A DNA stretch of 49,089 bases, from the IMG/VR virus record IMGVR_UViG_3300019373_000002; one strand, written 5' to 3'. The stretch's first letter is position 1. Every line of letters begins with the position of its first letter. A program made the position numbers and the translations under genes. A model generated the notes under the pieces. That model saw only the letters and a list, made by a program, of their open reading frames with translations, was not told where the DNA came from and ran no database searches. Of the stretch, positions 8,857 through 17,893 are shown piece after piece. This stretch comes from a virus.

Positions 8857-9217
8857 CAAAATGACATTAAAGCTGGCGAAGCTGAAAGCCCTTGCAGAAA
8901 ACGGCGTGGGCGGCGAAAAGGAAACAGCCCAGCGGATGTATGAAGACTTAAAGGCAAAGTACAGCATAACGGATGAAGCGGTGGCGGCGATAGGAAAGCC
9001 AACGGCGCAGGAAGTCAAGAAAGAGTTTTCAAGCATATCATTTGCATTGTGGGTGCTTGCAAACAATCTGGCAGAAGAAGCGGAAATGTGCAACCACTGC
9101 CCATATCCGCAGGGAAGCAACAGTTGTGACGGCTGCGCCACGATAGAAAACCGCAAAGACCTTGAAAAGCAGTATGAAGAATTGAAGTTGCAATTTGAAA
9201 GAGGTGCTGCGGAATGA
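8846..9217 (+). CDS. Hypothetical protein (DUF2786-like N-terminus, Cys-rich C-terminus)
   Basis: KLAKLKALAENGVGGEKETAQRMYEDLKAKY resembles the DUF2786 helix pair. C-terminal cluster CNHC..CDGC. Confidence 0.4.
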   Translation: MEADKMTLKLAKLKALAENGVGGEKETAQRMYEDLKAKYSITDEAVAAIGKPTAQEVKKEFSSISFALWVLANNLAEEAEMCNHCPYPQGSNSCDGCATIENRKDLEKQYEELKLQFERGAAE

Positions 9218-9564
9218 CGGAACTTGAAAGCAATATATTACAGACATACTGCGGGGCAGCGGTTGCAATCATGAACGGCGGTGACGGCGTACTTTCAAGC
9301 GTACTGATTGCAAAATCAATGGGTATCACGCTTTACAAGGCAAGAAAAGCAATCAAAGCACTGGTTGCAGCAGGATATTTGCAGCGGGACCATGTGGGCG
9401 GTCTTTCAGATTGGGACTGGCAAGTGCATTGTTACCACGGGTATTCAATCACAGAAGAAGCAATGAAAACACTGGAATACAGAAAAGCAAAATACCGTGA
9501 AGCAAAGATTTGTTCCGAAATCTGGGGCGGTGGCAGTATGTGGAGTTATTACAAGACCTTATGA
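9214..9564 (+). CDS. Hypothetical protein, possible winged-helix
   Basis: 116 aa. Its ATG overlaps the previous stop (ATGA). The winged-helix guess rests on LYKARKAIKALVAAGYLQRD. Confidence 0.4.
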   Translation: MTELESNILQTYCGAAVAIMNGGDGVLSSVLIAKSMGITLYKARKAIKALVAAGYLQRDHVGGLSDWDWQVHCYHGYSITEEAMKTLEYRKAKYREAKICSEIWGGGSMWSYYKTL

Positions 9565-9574
9565 GGAAATACAA

Positions 9575-9760
9575 ATGCGGACAGTAAGCAGGATATTTGC
9601 AGCAGGGGAAGCAGGAACGGCAACAGCCGGACAAATTAAAGAGCAAACGAAACGGCAGCAGGGGCAGCGGGACAACGATTTTCAGAAAATATTTGAAAAG
9701 GCTTGCAAGCGGCTGAACCAGCAAGAAAAGAAGAAAGGCGGCAGGGAAGATGGAAGATAA
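9575..9760 (+). CDS. Small basic hypothetical protein
   Basis: In-frame ATG at 9575, 8 nt after GAGG. The ORF track gives a longer 9497 start that overlaps the previous gene. Confidence 0.35.
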   Translation: MRTVSRIFAAGEAGTATAGQIKEQTKRQQGQRDNDFQKIFEKACKRLNQQEKKKGGREDGR

Positions 9761-10139
9761 CGGCATGATTTATATATGCAGCCCATACCGGGGCGAAGTG
9801 AAGCGCAACAAAGACTATGCAAGGGAACTGACACGCAAGGCGATTGACAACGGATTTGTCCCGGTCACGGTGCATTTGTACTTGACAGAAGCCCTTGACG
9901 ATAACAAGCCGGATGAACGGGCAAAGGGCATGGAAGCAGGGCAGACGATACTTGACAACTGCAAATTCATTCTGGTTGGCGGTAGATACGGCATATCAGA
10001 GGGGATGGCAAGCGAAATCAAAAGAGCGATTGAAAAAGACAAAATATTTCTGACGGAGGGAGAGCCGGGAAAACTGACAGCGGATGTGGAAATGTCAATA
10101 TTGAAAAAGTATGTTGAAAAATACCAAAAGGAGGGCTAA
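9750..10139 (+). CDS. Nucleoside 2-deoxyribosyltransferase-like (DUF4406-like) protein
   Basis: IYICSPYRG near the N-terminus and GISEGMASEI near the C-terminus fit this fold family. Alternative start at ATG 9765. Confidence 0.45.
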   Translation: MEDNGMIYICSPYRGEVKRNKDYARELTRKAIDNGFVPVTVHLYLTEALDDNKPDERAKGMEAGQTILDNCKFILVGGRYGISEGMASEIKRAIEKDKIFLTEGEPGKLTADVEMSILKKYVEKYQKEG

Positions 10140-10142
10140 ACA

Positions 10143-10739
10143 GTGCAAGGGAACTGGGACGAATTAGAAGAAGCGGAAAAATTCAGAATTATTCTGGAAA
10201 GCAAGGTTGAAAGATACGGCACAGGAAGTCTGCTTGAATGGCTGGACGAAGCGGGATTTTACGAAGCCCCGGCAAGCACAAAGTACCACGGCGCATATCC
10301 GGGCGGGCTGGTAGAGCATAGCAACAATGTGTATAGGCGGCTTGTTATGCTGGCGGCAGGGGAAGACCAGAGGTTGAAGCATACAACGCCGGAATATTCA
10401 GAAGAAACACTGGCTATTGTTGCGCTTCTGCATGATGTATGCAAAGTGGGCGTGTATCACCCGGAAGAAAAGGACGGAAAGCAGCAGTACAGCTTCAAAG
10501 ACGGCTTCCCATACGGACACGGTGAAAAGTCGGTGCTTTACATAATGCGGCACATATATTTGACGGAAGAAGAAGCACTGGCAATCCGCTGGCACATGGG
10601 ACCGTTTGACAAGGCGGCACAAGGTGACTTCCGGGACATGGACAAGGCATTTAAGCAAAGCAAGCTGGCAGCAATGCTTCATTTAGCGGATATGATGGCA
10701 ACACATCTTGACGAAAGAGAGGTGGGCGGCGGTGCTTGA
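10143..10739 (+). CDS. HD-domain phosphohydrolase
   Basis: Motifs H..(LLHD)..H: GGLVEHS, ALLHDVCK, HGEKS. Confidence 0.7.
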   Translation: MQGNWDELEEAEKFRIILESKVERYGTGSLLEWLDEAGFYEAPASTKYHGAYPGGLVEHSNNVYRRLVMLAAGEDQRLKHTTPEYSEETLAIVALLHDVCKVGVYHPEEKDGKQQYSFKDGFPYGHGEKSVLYIMRHIYLTEEEALAIRWHMGPFDKAAQGDFRDMDKAFKQSKLAAMLHLADMMATHLDEREVGGGA

Positions 10740-11070
10740 ATTTTACACAGCAACAAAGCCGAAAGCACGGAAACAGCATAAATGCGATTTGTGCGGAAAG
10801 ACCATTGAACCGGGGGAGAAATACAGCTGCTTTTCCGGGAAGTATGATGGCGAGTTATTCACAACAAAGCATTGCATACCGTGCAATAACATGGTGAACG
10901 CATATTGTGACGAATGCGGCAACGAATATGACGAAGACGAAGTGAGGGAATGGCTTTCTGACAAATACTGCAACAAGTGCGAACACGGCGGCTGGGCTGA
11001 TGATGATTGCGAGTTTGTCCCGGAAGATTGCCCACACATCCGGCAGCATTTCACGGAAAAGGAGGTGTGA
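10708..11070 (+). CDS. Cys-rich zinc-finger protein
   Basis: Several CxxC pairs (CDLCG, CIPCNN, CDECG, CNKCEH). The start may be a downstream GTG. Confidence 0.45.
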   Translation: MTKERWAAVLEFYTATKPKARKQHKCDLCGKTIEPGEKYSCFSGKYDGELFTTKHCIPCNNMVNAYCDECGNEYDEDEVREWLSDKYCNKCEHGGWADDDCEFVPEDCPHIRQHFTEKEV

Positions 11071-11074
11071 AGCA

Positions 11075-11479
11075 GTGCGGATGGCGTACAAGAAGCGCAG
11101 TGAAGCAACAGAACAAGTCCGGGTCATTAACTGGTCAAGGGCTTATGCAGCAGACTTCCCGGAATTAAAGCTGCTTTATCATGTGCCGAACGGCGGCAGC
11201 AGAAACCAACTGGAAGCCCAGAACCTAAAAGCGCAGGGCGTGAAAGCGGGTGTGCCGGATTTGTGCTTGCCGGTCCCGCACGGTGGCTTCCACGGGCTTT
11301 ACATTGAAATGAAGTACGGGAAGAACAAGACAACCGAAAAGCAAGACTGGTGGTTGGAACAACTGACGGCGCAGGGATATGACACGGCGGTTTGTTATGG
11401 AGCGGATGAAGCAATGGACAAAATAGCCGGGTATCTGGAAATAGAGAAAGAAACGGGGCGATTACATGAAAACGGCTGA
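11075..11479 (+). CDS. VRR-NUC domain nuclease
   Basis: PD-(D/E)xK-type GVPDL....YIEMKYGKNK..Q. GTG 11075 lies 9 nt after GGAGG. Confidence 0.7.
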   Translation: MRMAYKKRSEATEQVRVINWSRAYAADFPELKLLYHVPNGGSRNQLEAQNLKAQGVKAGVPDLCLPVPHGGFHGLYIEMKYGKNKTTEKQDWWLEQLTAQGYDTAVCYGADEAMDKIAGYLEIEKETGRLHENG

Positions 11480-11762
11480 CAATATCATGAAGCAGCATAT
11501 ACCGTATTACAGCAGCATGAAGCGGGCAGGGGCTTTCCAGAAGCCAAAGAAGCAGGGGAAGCCAAAAAGAACACGGCTGACAGAGATTAACCACAACGGA
11601 AATAAAGTGCTGAAAGGCAAAACAACCGTATCTGCTGCCGTGAACAGATTATTTGACTACGAAGAAACTGGACTGACACCGTATGAGGTGCGAAACCTTA
11701 TTGAGAGGGAAAGAAACTTGACGGAACGCATGAAGAAGCTGGAGGGGTGGGAGGATGAATAA
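11466..11762 (+). CDS. Hypothetical protein
   Basis: 98 aa, in the operon, overlapping its neighbours. Confidence 0.4.
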   Translation: MKTADNIMKQHIPYYSSMKRAGAFQKPKKQGKPKRTRLTEINHNGNKVLKGKTTVSAAVNRLFDYEETGLTPYEVRNLIERERNLTERMKKLEGWEDE

Positions 11763-12060
11763 TGCGGAACGGTGCTTGATATGCGGTGCGATTATCCCGG
11801 AGGGGGCGCAAGTGTGCGCAGACTGCATGAAGCGGCACGGGGTAGAAGCGGAAGAAGCGCAGGAAATCACGGAAGAACTGCGGGACATAGCCGGGGTACT
11901 TTCAATCACGGCGAACACAGACGGAAACATTAAACAGTCAATGGAAAGCATATTGCGGATAGCAGACAGATTGGAGCGTAAGAAGAATGAAAAAAGCAAC
12001 AGAACCAAGATATTTGCCGCTGGTAGCGTTGGGAAGATTAAAGACAGCGACAACCTATGA
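11755..12060 (+). CDS. Small zinc-ribbon protein
   Basis: CLICG..CADC near the N-terminus. Confidence 0.4.
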   Translation: MNNAERCLICGAIIPEGAQVCADCMKRHGVEAEEAQEITEELRDIAGVLSITANTDGNIKQSMESILRIADRLERKKNEKSNRTKIFAAGSVGKIKDSDNL

Positions 12061-12529
12061 AGAAGTACGGCAGCAGTTAAAAGGGCAGGGCTTGACCGTA
12101 AAGGAAATGAAAGCAATGACACGGTGCATGAATTATTTTGATGGGCTGCTGGTTTATGTATCAAAGTGGAACTGGGACAATCACGAAAAGTGGCACTTAT
12201 ACAACTGGTCCGTGAATGATGATGAAGCAGTCAAAAAAGCATTGTATGAAGCAGAGCAATTCAACGAGTTTGGGAGCGGGGCATATAAAGACAACTTCCA
12301 GAAGTTTGAAGAAGACTGGGAAGCGCAGACCTATGACCCCGGTGCAGTATTCAGTTTCCCAGATGAACAAGTGGAGGTTGTAGAGGTTGTGCAGGAAGAA
12401 GTGGACAACATAGACAAAGCAGAGGTAAAAAAGGCAATCCGGCAAGCGGAAGACGCAAGGCATGACAAACGCCGCAGAAGACGGATAAACGCAAGCAAGG
12501 GCAGCAAGTACCGCAAAAGATATTTTTAG
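11987..12529 (+). CDS. Hypothetical protein
   Basis: 180-aa ORF. The start is uncertain because it overlaps the previous ORF by 74 nt; internal ATGs lie near 12100. Confidence 0.4.
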   Translation: MKKATEPRYLPLVALGRLKTATTYEEVRQQLKGQGLTVKEMKAMTRCMNYFDGLLVYVSKWNWDNHEKWHLYNWSVNDDEAVKKALYEAEQFNEFGSGAYKDNFQKFEEDWEAQTYDPGAVFSFPDEQVEVVEVVQEEVDNIDKAEVKKAIRQAEDARHDKRRRRRINASKGSKYRKRYF

Positions 12530-12541
12530 GAGGGCGCACGG

Positions 12542-12736
12542 ATGGGAAGAAAGCATTACAGCGGAAAAGAACTGATTGCAAGACGGCAGATGGAGCGGCA
12601 GCGGCAGCAGGCGCAGGAAAACGGACTGCGGCAGCGCACAAGAAACATAAACCAGCTGAAAAGAAGCGTGGAAGCTGCAAGGCAGGATATGCGGCAGAGA
12701 ATGAGGGAGGGAAAAGACAATGGCATTTCTGATTGA
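12542..12736 (+). CDS. Small basic hypothetical protein
   Basis: 64 aa, Arg/Gln-rich. A GGAGGG RBS lies upstream. Confidence 0.4.
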   Translation: MGRKHYSGKELIARRQMERQRQQAQENGLRQRTRNINQLKRSVEAARQDMRQRMREGKDNGISD

Positions 12737-12890
12737 GTTATTAAAAGGGCTGGGGATATTCATTGCGGCTTGTGTGGGGCTGGGTGTGCTTTACATAGTG
12801 TTTATCATAGCCCGTGAAGTAGGCTGGATGGTGCAGCAGGAAAACCGCAAGCAGTACGAAGAAAAGCAGAAAGAGGGTGACGGCAAATGA
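12720..12890 (+). CDS. Small membrane protein (56 aa, below the ORF-track cutoff)
   Basis: My own translation: MAFLIELLKGLGIFIAACVGLGVLYIVFIIAREVGWMVQQENRK..GDGK*. It has one hydrophobic helix, and its stop overlaps the next ATG. Confidence 0.4.
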   Translation: MAFLIELLKGLGIFIAACVGLGVLYIVFIIAREVGWMVQQENRKQYEEKQKEGDGK

Positions 12891-13192
12891 TGAAGTCATT
12901 TTTTACGGCAAAGTGTCCGCTTGAACTGGGGGACACGGTGGCAATTTTTCCGGGAGAAACCGCAACACTTTATTATCTGCCGGACGGCGTGAAGCTGGAC
13001 AAGGAAACGGCAGAAAAAGCAGAACTGCACACGGTCACGGAGATTATGGCGCAGCATTTTGTGAAAGCCCAGAAAGTAGTATTTGCCTATCAGCTGGACG
13101 GTACAGAAGACTTTATGACCTATGATGTAAAGATACCAGTTGCGCAGATGGCGCAAGCTATGGAAGCGGGCGGTGGCGTAATACTTCCGTAA
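12887..13192 (+). CDS. Hypothetical protein
   Basis: 101 aa. Its last codons (ATA CTT CCG TAA) form the first copy of motif cluster B. Confidence 0.45.
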   Translation: MMKSFFTAKCPLELGDTVAIFPGETATLYYLPDGVKLDKETAEKAELHTVTEIMAQHFVKAQKVVFAYQLDGTEDFMTYDVKIPVAQMAQAMEAGGGVILP

Positions 13193-13263
13193 GTATAAAC
13201 ATTGTACAAATATACTTCCGTAAGATTGTGCATTATTCCGGGTTGCTTTTATACTTCCGTAAG
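13180..13263 (+). promoter_or_regulatory. Cluster B of the (T/A)ATACTTCCGTAAG motif (3 copies)
   Basis: Copies at 13180..13193, 13211..13224 and 13250..13263, all in the same orientation. The flanks of copies 2 and 3 extend the match to copies in cluster C. Confidence 0.7.
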
Positions 13264-13311
13264 TATATAATAAAGACAGTTAAAGAAGTACAGCAACGGA
13301 GGTACAAAGAT

Positions 13312-13452
13312 ATGACAACAGCGGAAAAGAAAGCAATCAAGGCAAGGACAAATGATTTAATCAAAGCCGGAGTTGACAAGGAACTTGCAAAGGTGATGGC
13401 AAAGGCAGAATTTGAAGCCGGATTGATTAGAACAGTTGTGAACTACGATTGA
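13312..13452 (+). CDS. Small hypothetical protein (46 aa)
   Basis: ATG 13312 follows a GGAGG RBS. The longer ORF-track start (13228) lies inside the motif cluster. Confidence 0.4.
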   Translation: MTTAEKKAIKARTNDLIKAGVDKELAKVMAKAEFEAGLIRTVVNYD

Positions 13453-13500
13453 AGCACAAGCCCCGGTATTCCGGGGCAGGAATAACGGAGGTAAAGAGAT

Positions 13501-13866
13501 ATGACAGAGAGCAGAGAAACAGCAATCCGCAGAATGAAAAATCTTGCGTACTGGTTTATGGGCGAAATGTTAAAGGAAGAAGAAAGAGGGGAGAAGCAGA
13601 AAGAAGAATTTGAAAAGGCGAAAAAGGAAAATCCCGGCGAACTTGTAATGATGGTGAGTGCGGCAGACCATAACGCAAAAGTGATGAAAGACTGCATGAA
13701 AGAAGCGAGGGACGCAGCGGAATTTCTGAAAGATGAAAAGAACGATATTGAAGAATGGCAGCTGGCAGGAATAAACGCAATGTTCGACCAGTGCAACAAA
13801 GAGGGAATTGTCCCGTATGATATGCCGACAGCAATCAAAGGTCTTTTATGTATGCAGTATCAGTAA
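13501..13866 (+). CDS. Hypothetical protein
   Basis: 121 aa with a GGAGG RBS. Confidence 0.45.
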   Translation: MTESRETAIRRMKNLAYWFMGEMLKEEERGEKQKEEFEKAKKENPGELVMMVSAADHNAKVMKDCMKEARDAAEFLKDEKNDIEEWQLAGINAMFDQCNKEGIVPYDMPTAIKGLLCMQYQ

Positions 13867-13912
13867 AAAGCAGGGGGTGGGAAACCGTTCCAGCAAGAAA
13901 GAGGGTTGAACA

Positions 13913-14599
13913 GTGACAGCAGAAGAAACAAAAAGAGAAAAAGCCCGCCAGCTGCGCTATAAAAGGGCGATTGTAAAGAATATCAACATTGAAACGATAA
14001 CGGAAGAATTGTGGGATATACAAGAAGAATGTAACAATGTGCAATATTACTTTGACACGGAAGACGATACTTTGTTAAATGCGCTGGATGGTGACGAAGA
14101 ACAAGAATGGGAATTTAAGATGATGTTTGCGGACTTGTGCGCAGAATGTGAGCAAATGCAACAAGACCTTGAAGAAACATATATGCCGGAAATGTTCAAT
14201 GACTTATTCGTTGCAGCAGGGGGCGCAGATTATGGCGGCGGTCTTCTGGGGTGGGACAGCTACGAGGGCGATTATTACGGGCTTGACTTCTCAAACTGCT
14301 ACGCAGAAGACGAAAGCATGAAAAGACTTTTGAGGTTGTCAAAGAAAGAACTGATAGGGAATGTGCGGTGGTGCTTAAAAATCCTTTTTCAGTACATAGG
14401 ATTAAAAAACAGATATGACAGCTTAAAAGCAGCACTTGACATTCTAAAGGATGAAAACACGGGATATTTGCAGATGGTAAAGCAGATAAATGAACTTTAC
14501 GAAAAAGCGGCAGCAGATGGGTTTTACAGCTGGAACGAAAGCGCAAGGGATTTTGACAGAGTGCTTGAAAATATGCCACAAAGGGCATGGCTTGAATAA
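13913..14599 (+). CDS. Acidic hypothetical protein
   Basis: 228 aa with a GTG start, very rich in Asp and Glu. Confidence 0.45.
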   Translation: MTAEETKREKARQLRYKRAIVKNINIETITEELWDIQEECNNVQYYFDTEDDTLLNALDGDEEQEWEFKMMFADLCAECEQMQQDLEETYMPEMFNDLFVAAGGADYGGGLLGWDSYEGDYYGLDFSNCYAEDESMKRLLRLSKKELIGNVRWCLKILFQYIGLKNRYDSLKAALDILKDENTGYLQMVKQINELYEKAAADGFYSWNESARDFDRVLENMPQRAWLE

Positions 14600-14608
14600 A
14601 GTGCAACA

Positions 14609-14637
14609 CCCGCCCCCCGGCTGGGAACTGGGGCGGG
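14609..14637. other. GC-rich inverted repeat (CCCGCCCC / GGGGCGGG) just upstream of parA
   Basis: Arms at 14609..14616 and 14630..14637 with a 13-nt loop. No T-tract follows. Confidence 0.4.
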
Positions 14638-14673
14638 ATGAAATAAAAAACCAGATACAAGGAGGGCGCACAC

Positions 14674-15435
14674 ATGAAAGTATTATCAATTATCAACTTA
14701 AAAGGGGGAGTGGCAAAGACCATTTCCAGCGTCAATATGGCGCACATTCTGGCAGCAGTCCACGGCTGCAAAGTGCTTCTGATTGACAATGACAAGCAGG
14801 GCAACGCCAGCAAGATTTTGAACCGCCACAGCTACAATAGCAAGGGAACGGCAGAGGTAATGACACAGAGGGGTGTTGACCCAGCAGAAGTTATCCAGCA
14901 CACAGATTATGACGGGCTGGACATTATCACGGCAAATATGAACTTGCTGACAGCTAACCTTGAAGTAATGCTGGACCAGTCAAGACCGCAGCAAACACGC
15001 TTCAAGAAGTTTCTGGAGGGCTTGCAGTCTGAATATGATTACACAATCATTGACAACGCCCCGGACATTAACATTTCAACCATAAATGCGCTGGTAGCGT
15101 CAAATGATGTAATGATACCGCTAACGATTGATGATTTTGCTATTGACGGGCTGGCAGAACTGAAAGAACAGATTGACAACACAAGGGAAGACCTAAACCC
15201 CGGCTTGCGCTTCTGCGGCTGCTTTGTTACCCAGTATGACCGCACCAACGAAGCGGACACGCAGGGTGAAGATTTCTTGAAGTCGCTTGAATATCCATTA
15301 TTTGCAACGCACATACGAAAGACACCAAAAATGAAGCCCAGCACATTTGCAAGAAAACCTATTCTGGAATATTCCAGCAGATGTGGCGCAGCGTATGACT
15401 ATAAAGCACTTGTTGACGAATATTTGAAAATGTGA
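14674..15435 (+). CDS. parA: ParA/Soj-family partition ATPase
   Basis: Deviant Walker A in NLKGGVAKTISS. 253 aa, the typical size. Confidence 0.85.
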   Translation: MKVLSIINLKGGVAKTISSVNMAHILAAVHGCKVLLIDNDKQGNASKILNRHSYNSKGTAEVMTQRGVDPAEVIQHTDYDGLDIITANMNLLTANLEVMLDQSRPQQTRFKKFLEGLQSEYDYTIIDNAPDINISTINALVASNDVMIPLTIDDFAIDGLAELKEQIDNTREDLNPGLRFCGCFVTQYDRTNEADTQGEDFLKSLEYPLFATHIRKTPKMKPSTFARKPILEYSSRCGAAYDYKALVDEYLKM

Positions 15436-15474
15436 CCGAATGGGACACATTGCAGAGGATAGGAGGGAAAGAGC

Positions 15475-16938
15475 ATGGCAAGCAATAACAAATTCAATCT
15501 GACACAGTTATTAAACCAGCGTTCAAAGGAAGCGGCAGCAGTTGCAGCAGCGGTGACGGAAAACACGGAAAAGGAAACCACAACAGAAGCACTGACCAGC
15601 ACGGCAGATATTTATGATTTGATACCGTCAAAAGACAATTTCTATTCAACGGACAGCGTGGAAGACTTGAAACAGTCCATTGAACTTCTGGGGATACTGC
15701 AACCGCTTCTGGTGACGAATGAAGAAGACGGAAAGCGGCGCATTATTGCCGGACACAGAAGACGGCTTGCAATCATGCAGCTGGTGGATGAGGGAAAAGA
15801 GCGTTTCCGATATGTGCCAATCATGGTGAAGCCCACAAAAGACGCAATCATTGACCGTCTGGCACTGATTATGACAAACCGTTTCAGAGAAAAGACGGAC
15901 TGGGAGAAAATGACAGAAGCACTTGAAACGGAAAAACTGGTGATGGAACTGAAAGAGCAAATGGACATTCCGGGGCGCACCCGTGATTTGCTTTCAGAGA
16001 TTGTGGACGCTTCCCCGGCGCAGCTGGGAAGATATAAGGCAATCAGCAACAATCTGACCCCGGAACTAATGGCAGAGTTTAAGGCTGGCAAAATCGGCGT
16101 GTCAATCATTTATGAAGTGTCCGGGATGGATAAGGAATGGCAGCTGCGGGCGTTGGAGATATACAGAAACAACGAAAACACATTAACGCTGCCGGACATT
16201 AAGACATTGAAGAAGCAGCAGGAAGACGCAAGGCAAATTCCGGGGCAACAGTCCATTGAAAGTCTGGCGGGGCAGCAGGACACGCAGGAAGCCACGCAGG
16301 AAGCCGCAGAAGCGGAAGAAATGCAGCAGGGCGAAGAAGTGACCACAGAAGCAGAAGAAGCCGCCACAGAGGGCGCAGGGAGCGCAGACGGGGCAGAATA
16401 TGTTGACCCGCAGCCAGAAACAATGACTTCTCTTTGTTACAGCTGCACGAAATATGAAGACTGCCACGACAAGAAATCAACCGTCACCAGCTGCAATGCC
16501 TATGTGGACAAGAAAGAAGCATACAAGACGGATGAACAGCGTTGCAAAGAAGAACAAGCAAAGATTGACGCTGAAACAAGAAAGAAGCTGCATGAACAGC
16601 AGCAGGAAGCGAAAATGGCGGCAGGTCCCGCAGAAAAGCAGCATGAGGAAATCAGACTGGCAGCCAGCAGATACAAGGAAATAACAAGCGGCGCACTTTC
16701 TTTCTTACTTCTGAAAAAGGATGGATACAAGCTGGGCGAAGAACTGACATTGCCGGAATATGCGGACGGAAAAGCAACCGGGCGCACGCTTGAAATCAAA
16801 GTGTCATATATCTGGGAAGACTGGACGGGGCTTGATGATGATTACTGCATTTTAGGCTTTCAGCTTATAAGCTGGACACCGCTTGAAGAAGCAGCGGGGC
16901 AGTATGCAGACCAGCCAACATTACAACCGGGAGCGTGA
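15475..16938 (+). CDS. ParB N-terminal-domain protein with an acidic linker, Cys cluster and C-terminal ASCH/DUF3850-like domain
   Basis: ParB box in GILQPLLV..IIAGHRRRLA. C-terminal IRLAASRYKEITSGALSFLLLKKDGYKLGEELTLPEY..TGRTLEIKVSYI resembles DUF3850. Confidence 0.7.
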   Translation: MASNNKFNLTQLLNQRSKEAAAVAAAVTENTEKETTTEALTSTADIYDLIPSKDNFYSTDSVEDLKQSIELLGILQPLLVTNEEDGKRRIIAGHRRRLAIMQLVDEGKERFRYVPIMVKPTKDAIIDRLALIMTNRFREKTDWEKMTEALETEKLVMELKEQMDIPGRTRDLLSEIVDASPAQLGRYKAISNNLTPELMAEFKAGKIGVSIIYEVSGMDKEWQLRALEIYRNNENTLTLPDIKTLKKQQEDARQIPGQQSIESLAGQQDTQEATQEAAEAEEMQQGEEVTTEAEEAATEGAGSADGAEYVDPQPETMTSLCYSCTKYEDCHDKKSTVTSCNAYVDKKEAYKTDEQRCKEEQAKIDAETRKKLHEQQQEAKMAAGPAEKQHEEIRLAASRYKEITSGALSFLLLKKDGYKLGEELTLPEYADGKATGRTLEIKVSYIWEDWTGLDDDYCILGFQLISWTPLEEAAGQYADQPTLQPGA

Positions 16939-16945
16939 TTGATAG

Positions 16946-17881
16946 ATGGTACAAATATTAGAACTGTTTGGCGGCATAGGGTCCCCACGGTGCGCATTGC
17001 GAAATTTGAACATACCGACAAAAGCCATTGACTATGTGGAGATAGACGAAAAGGCGGTGCGCACCTACAACGCAATGTTTGCAGAAGAATTGCAGTACAA
17101 GACACAAAGCGTTGTCGGATGGAACTTGAAGCCGGATATTTTAATACATGGCAGCCCTTGTCAAGATTTCAGCATTGCCGGACACCAAAAGGGTGCAGAC
17201 GAAGGAAGCGAAACAAGGTCAAGTCTGATGTGGGAAACAATACACATCATACAGAATATGGGAGAATGGAAACCACGCTTTGTTATCTGGGAGAATGTCA
17301 AGAATGTGTTATCAAAACACATGATAGCAAACTTTAACCGCTATTTGTCCGAAATGGAAAAGCTGGGCTACAAAAACGCATACAAGATACTTGACGCAAG
17401 GGATTTTGGATTGCCACAAGCCCGTGAAAGAGTTTTCACAATATCCGTGCTGGACGGTGAACAATTCTGCTTTGACGATTTGATAACAACGCCAATGAAA
17501 GACATTACAGAATTTCTTCTGGACAACGAAACGGTCCCACCAGTTTATGATGTGACACAGCCCAGTGTTTACAATGTGATAGGACATACCGGGATAAAGC
17601 GGGCAACGGTTATCAAGGAATTTGCATATACAATCACGACACGGCAGGACAGAACGCCAGCACAAGTGATTGACTGCGGAAACGGGCGTTACAGATACTT
17701 GACGGAATTAGAGTGTTGGAGGTTGCAGGGCTACACTGACGAAGATTATAAACGGGCAAAGGGAGTGCAGGAGCGTTCCGGGCGGTATTACATGGCGTTA
17801 TACAAACAAGCCGGAAACAGCATTGCCGTTCCGATTTTTGAAAGCATATTCAGAAAGATTATTTTGAATGAAACAGCATAA
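16946..17881 (+). CDS. DNA (cytosine-5) methyltransferase (intact)
   Basis: Motif I ELFGGIG, motif IV GSPCQDFS, motif VI IWENV, motif VIII GLPQARERVF, motif X AGNSIAVP. Confidence 0.9.
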   Translation: MVQILELFGGIGSPRCALRNLNIPTKAIDYVEIDEKAVRTYNAMFAEELQYKTQSVVGWNLKPDILIHGSPCQDFSIAGHQKGADEGSETRSSLMWETIHIIQNMGEWKPRFVIWENVKNVLSKHMIANFNRYLSEMEKLGYKNAYKILDARDFGLPQARERVFTISVLDGEQFCFDDLITTPMKDITEFLLDNETVPPVYDVTQPSVYNVIGHTGIKRATVIKEFAYTITTRQDRTPAQVIDCGNGRYRYLTELECWRLQGYTDEDYKRAKGVQERSGRYYMALYKQAGNSIAVPIFESIFRKIILNETA

Positions 17882-17893
17882 GAGGTAAAAAGC

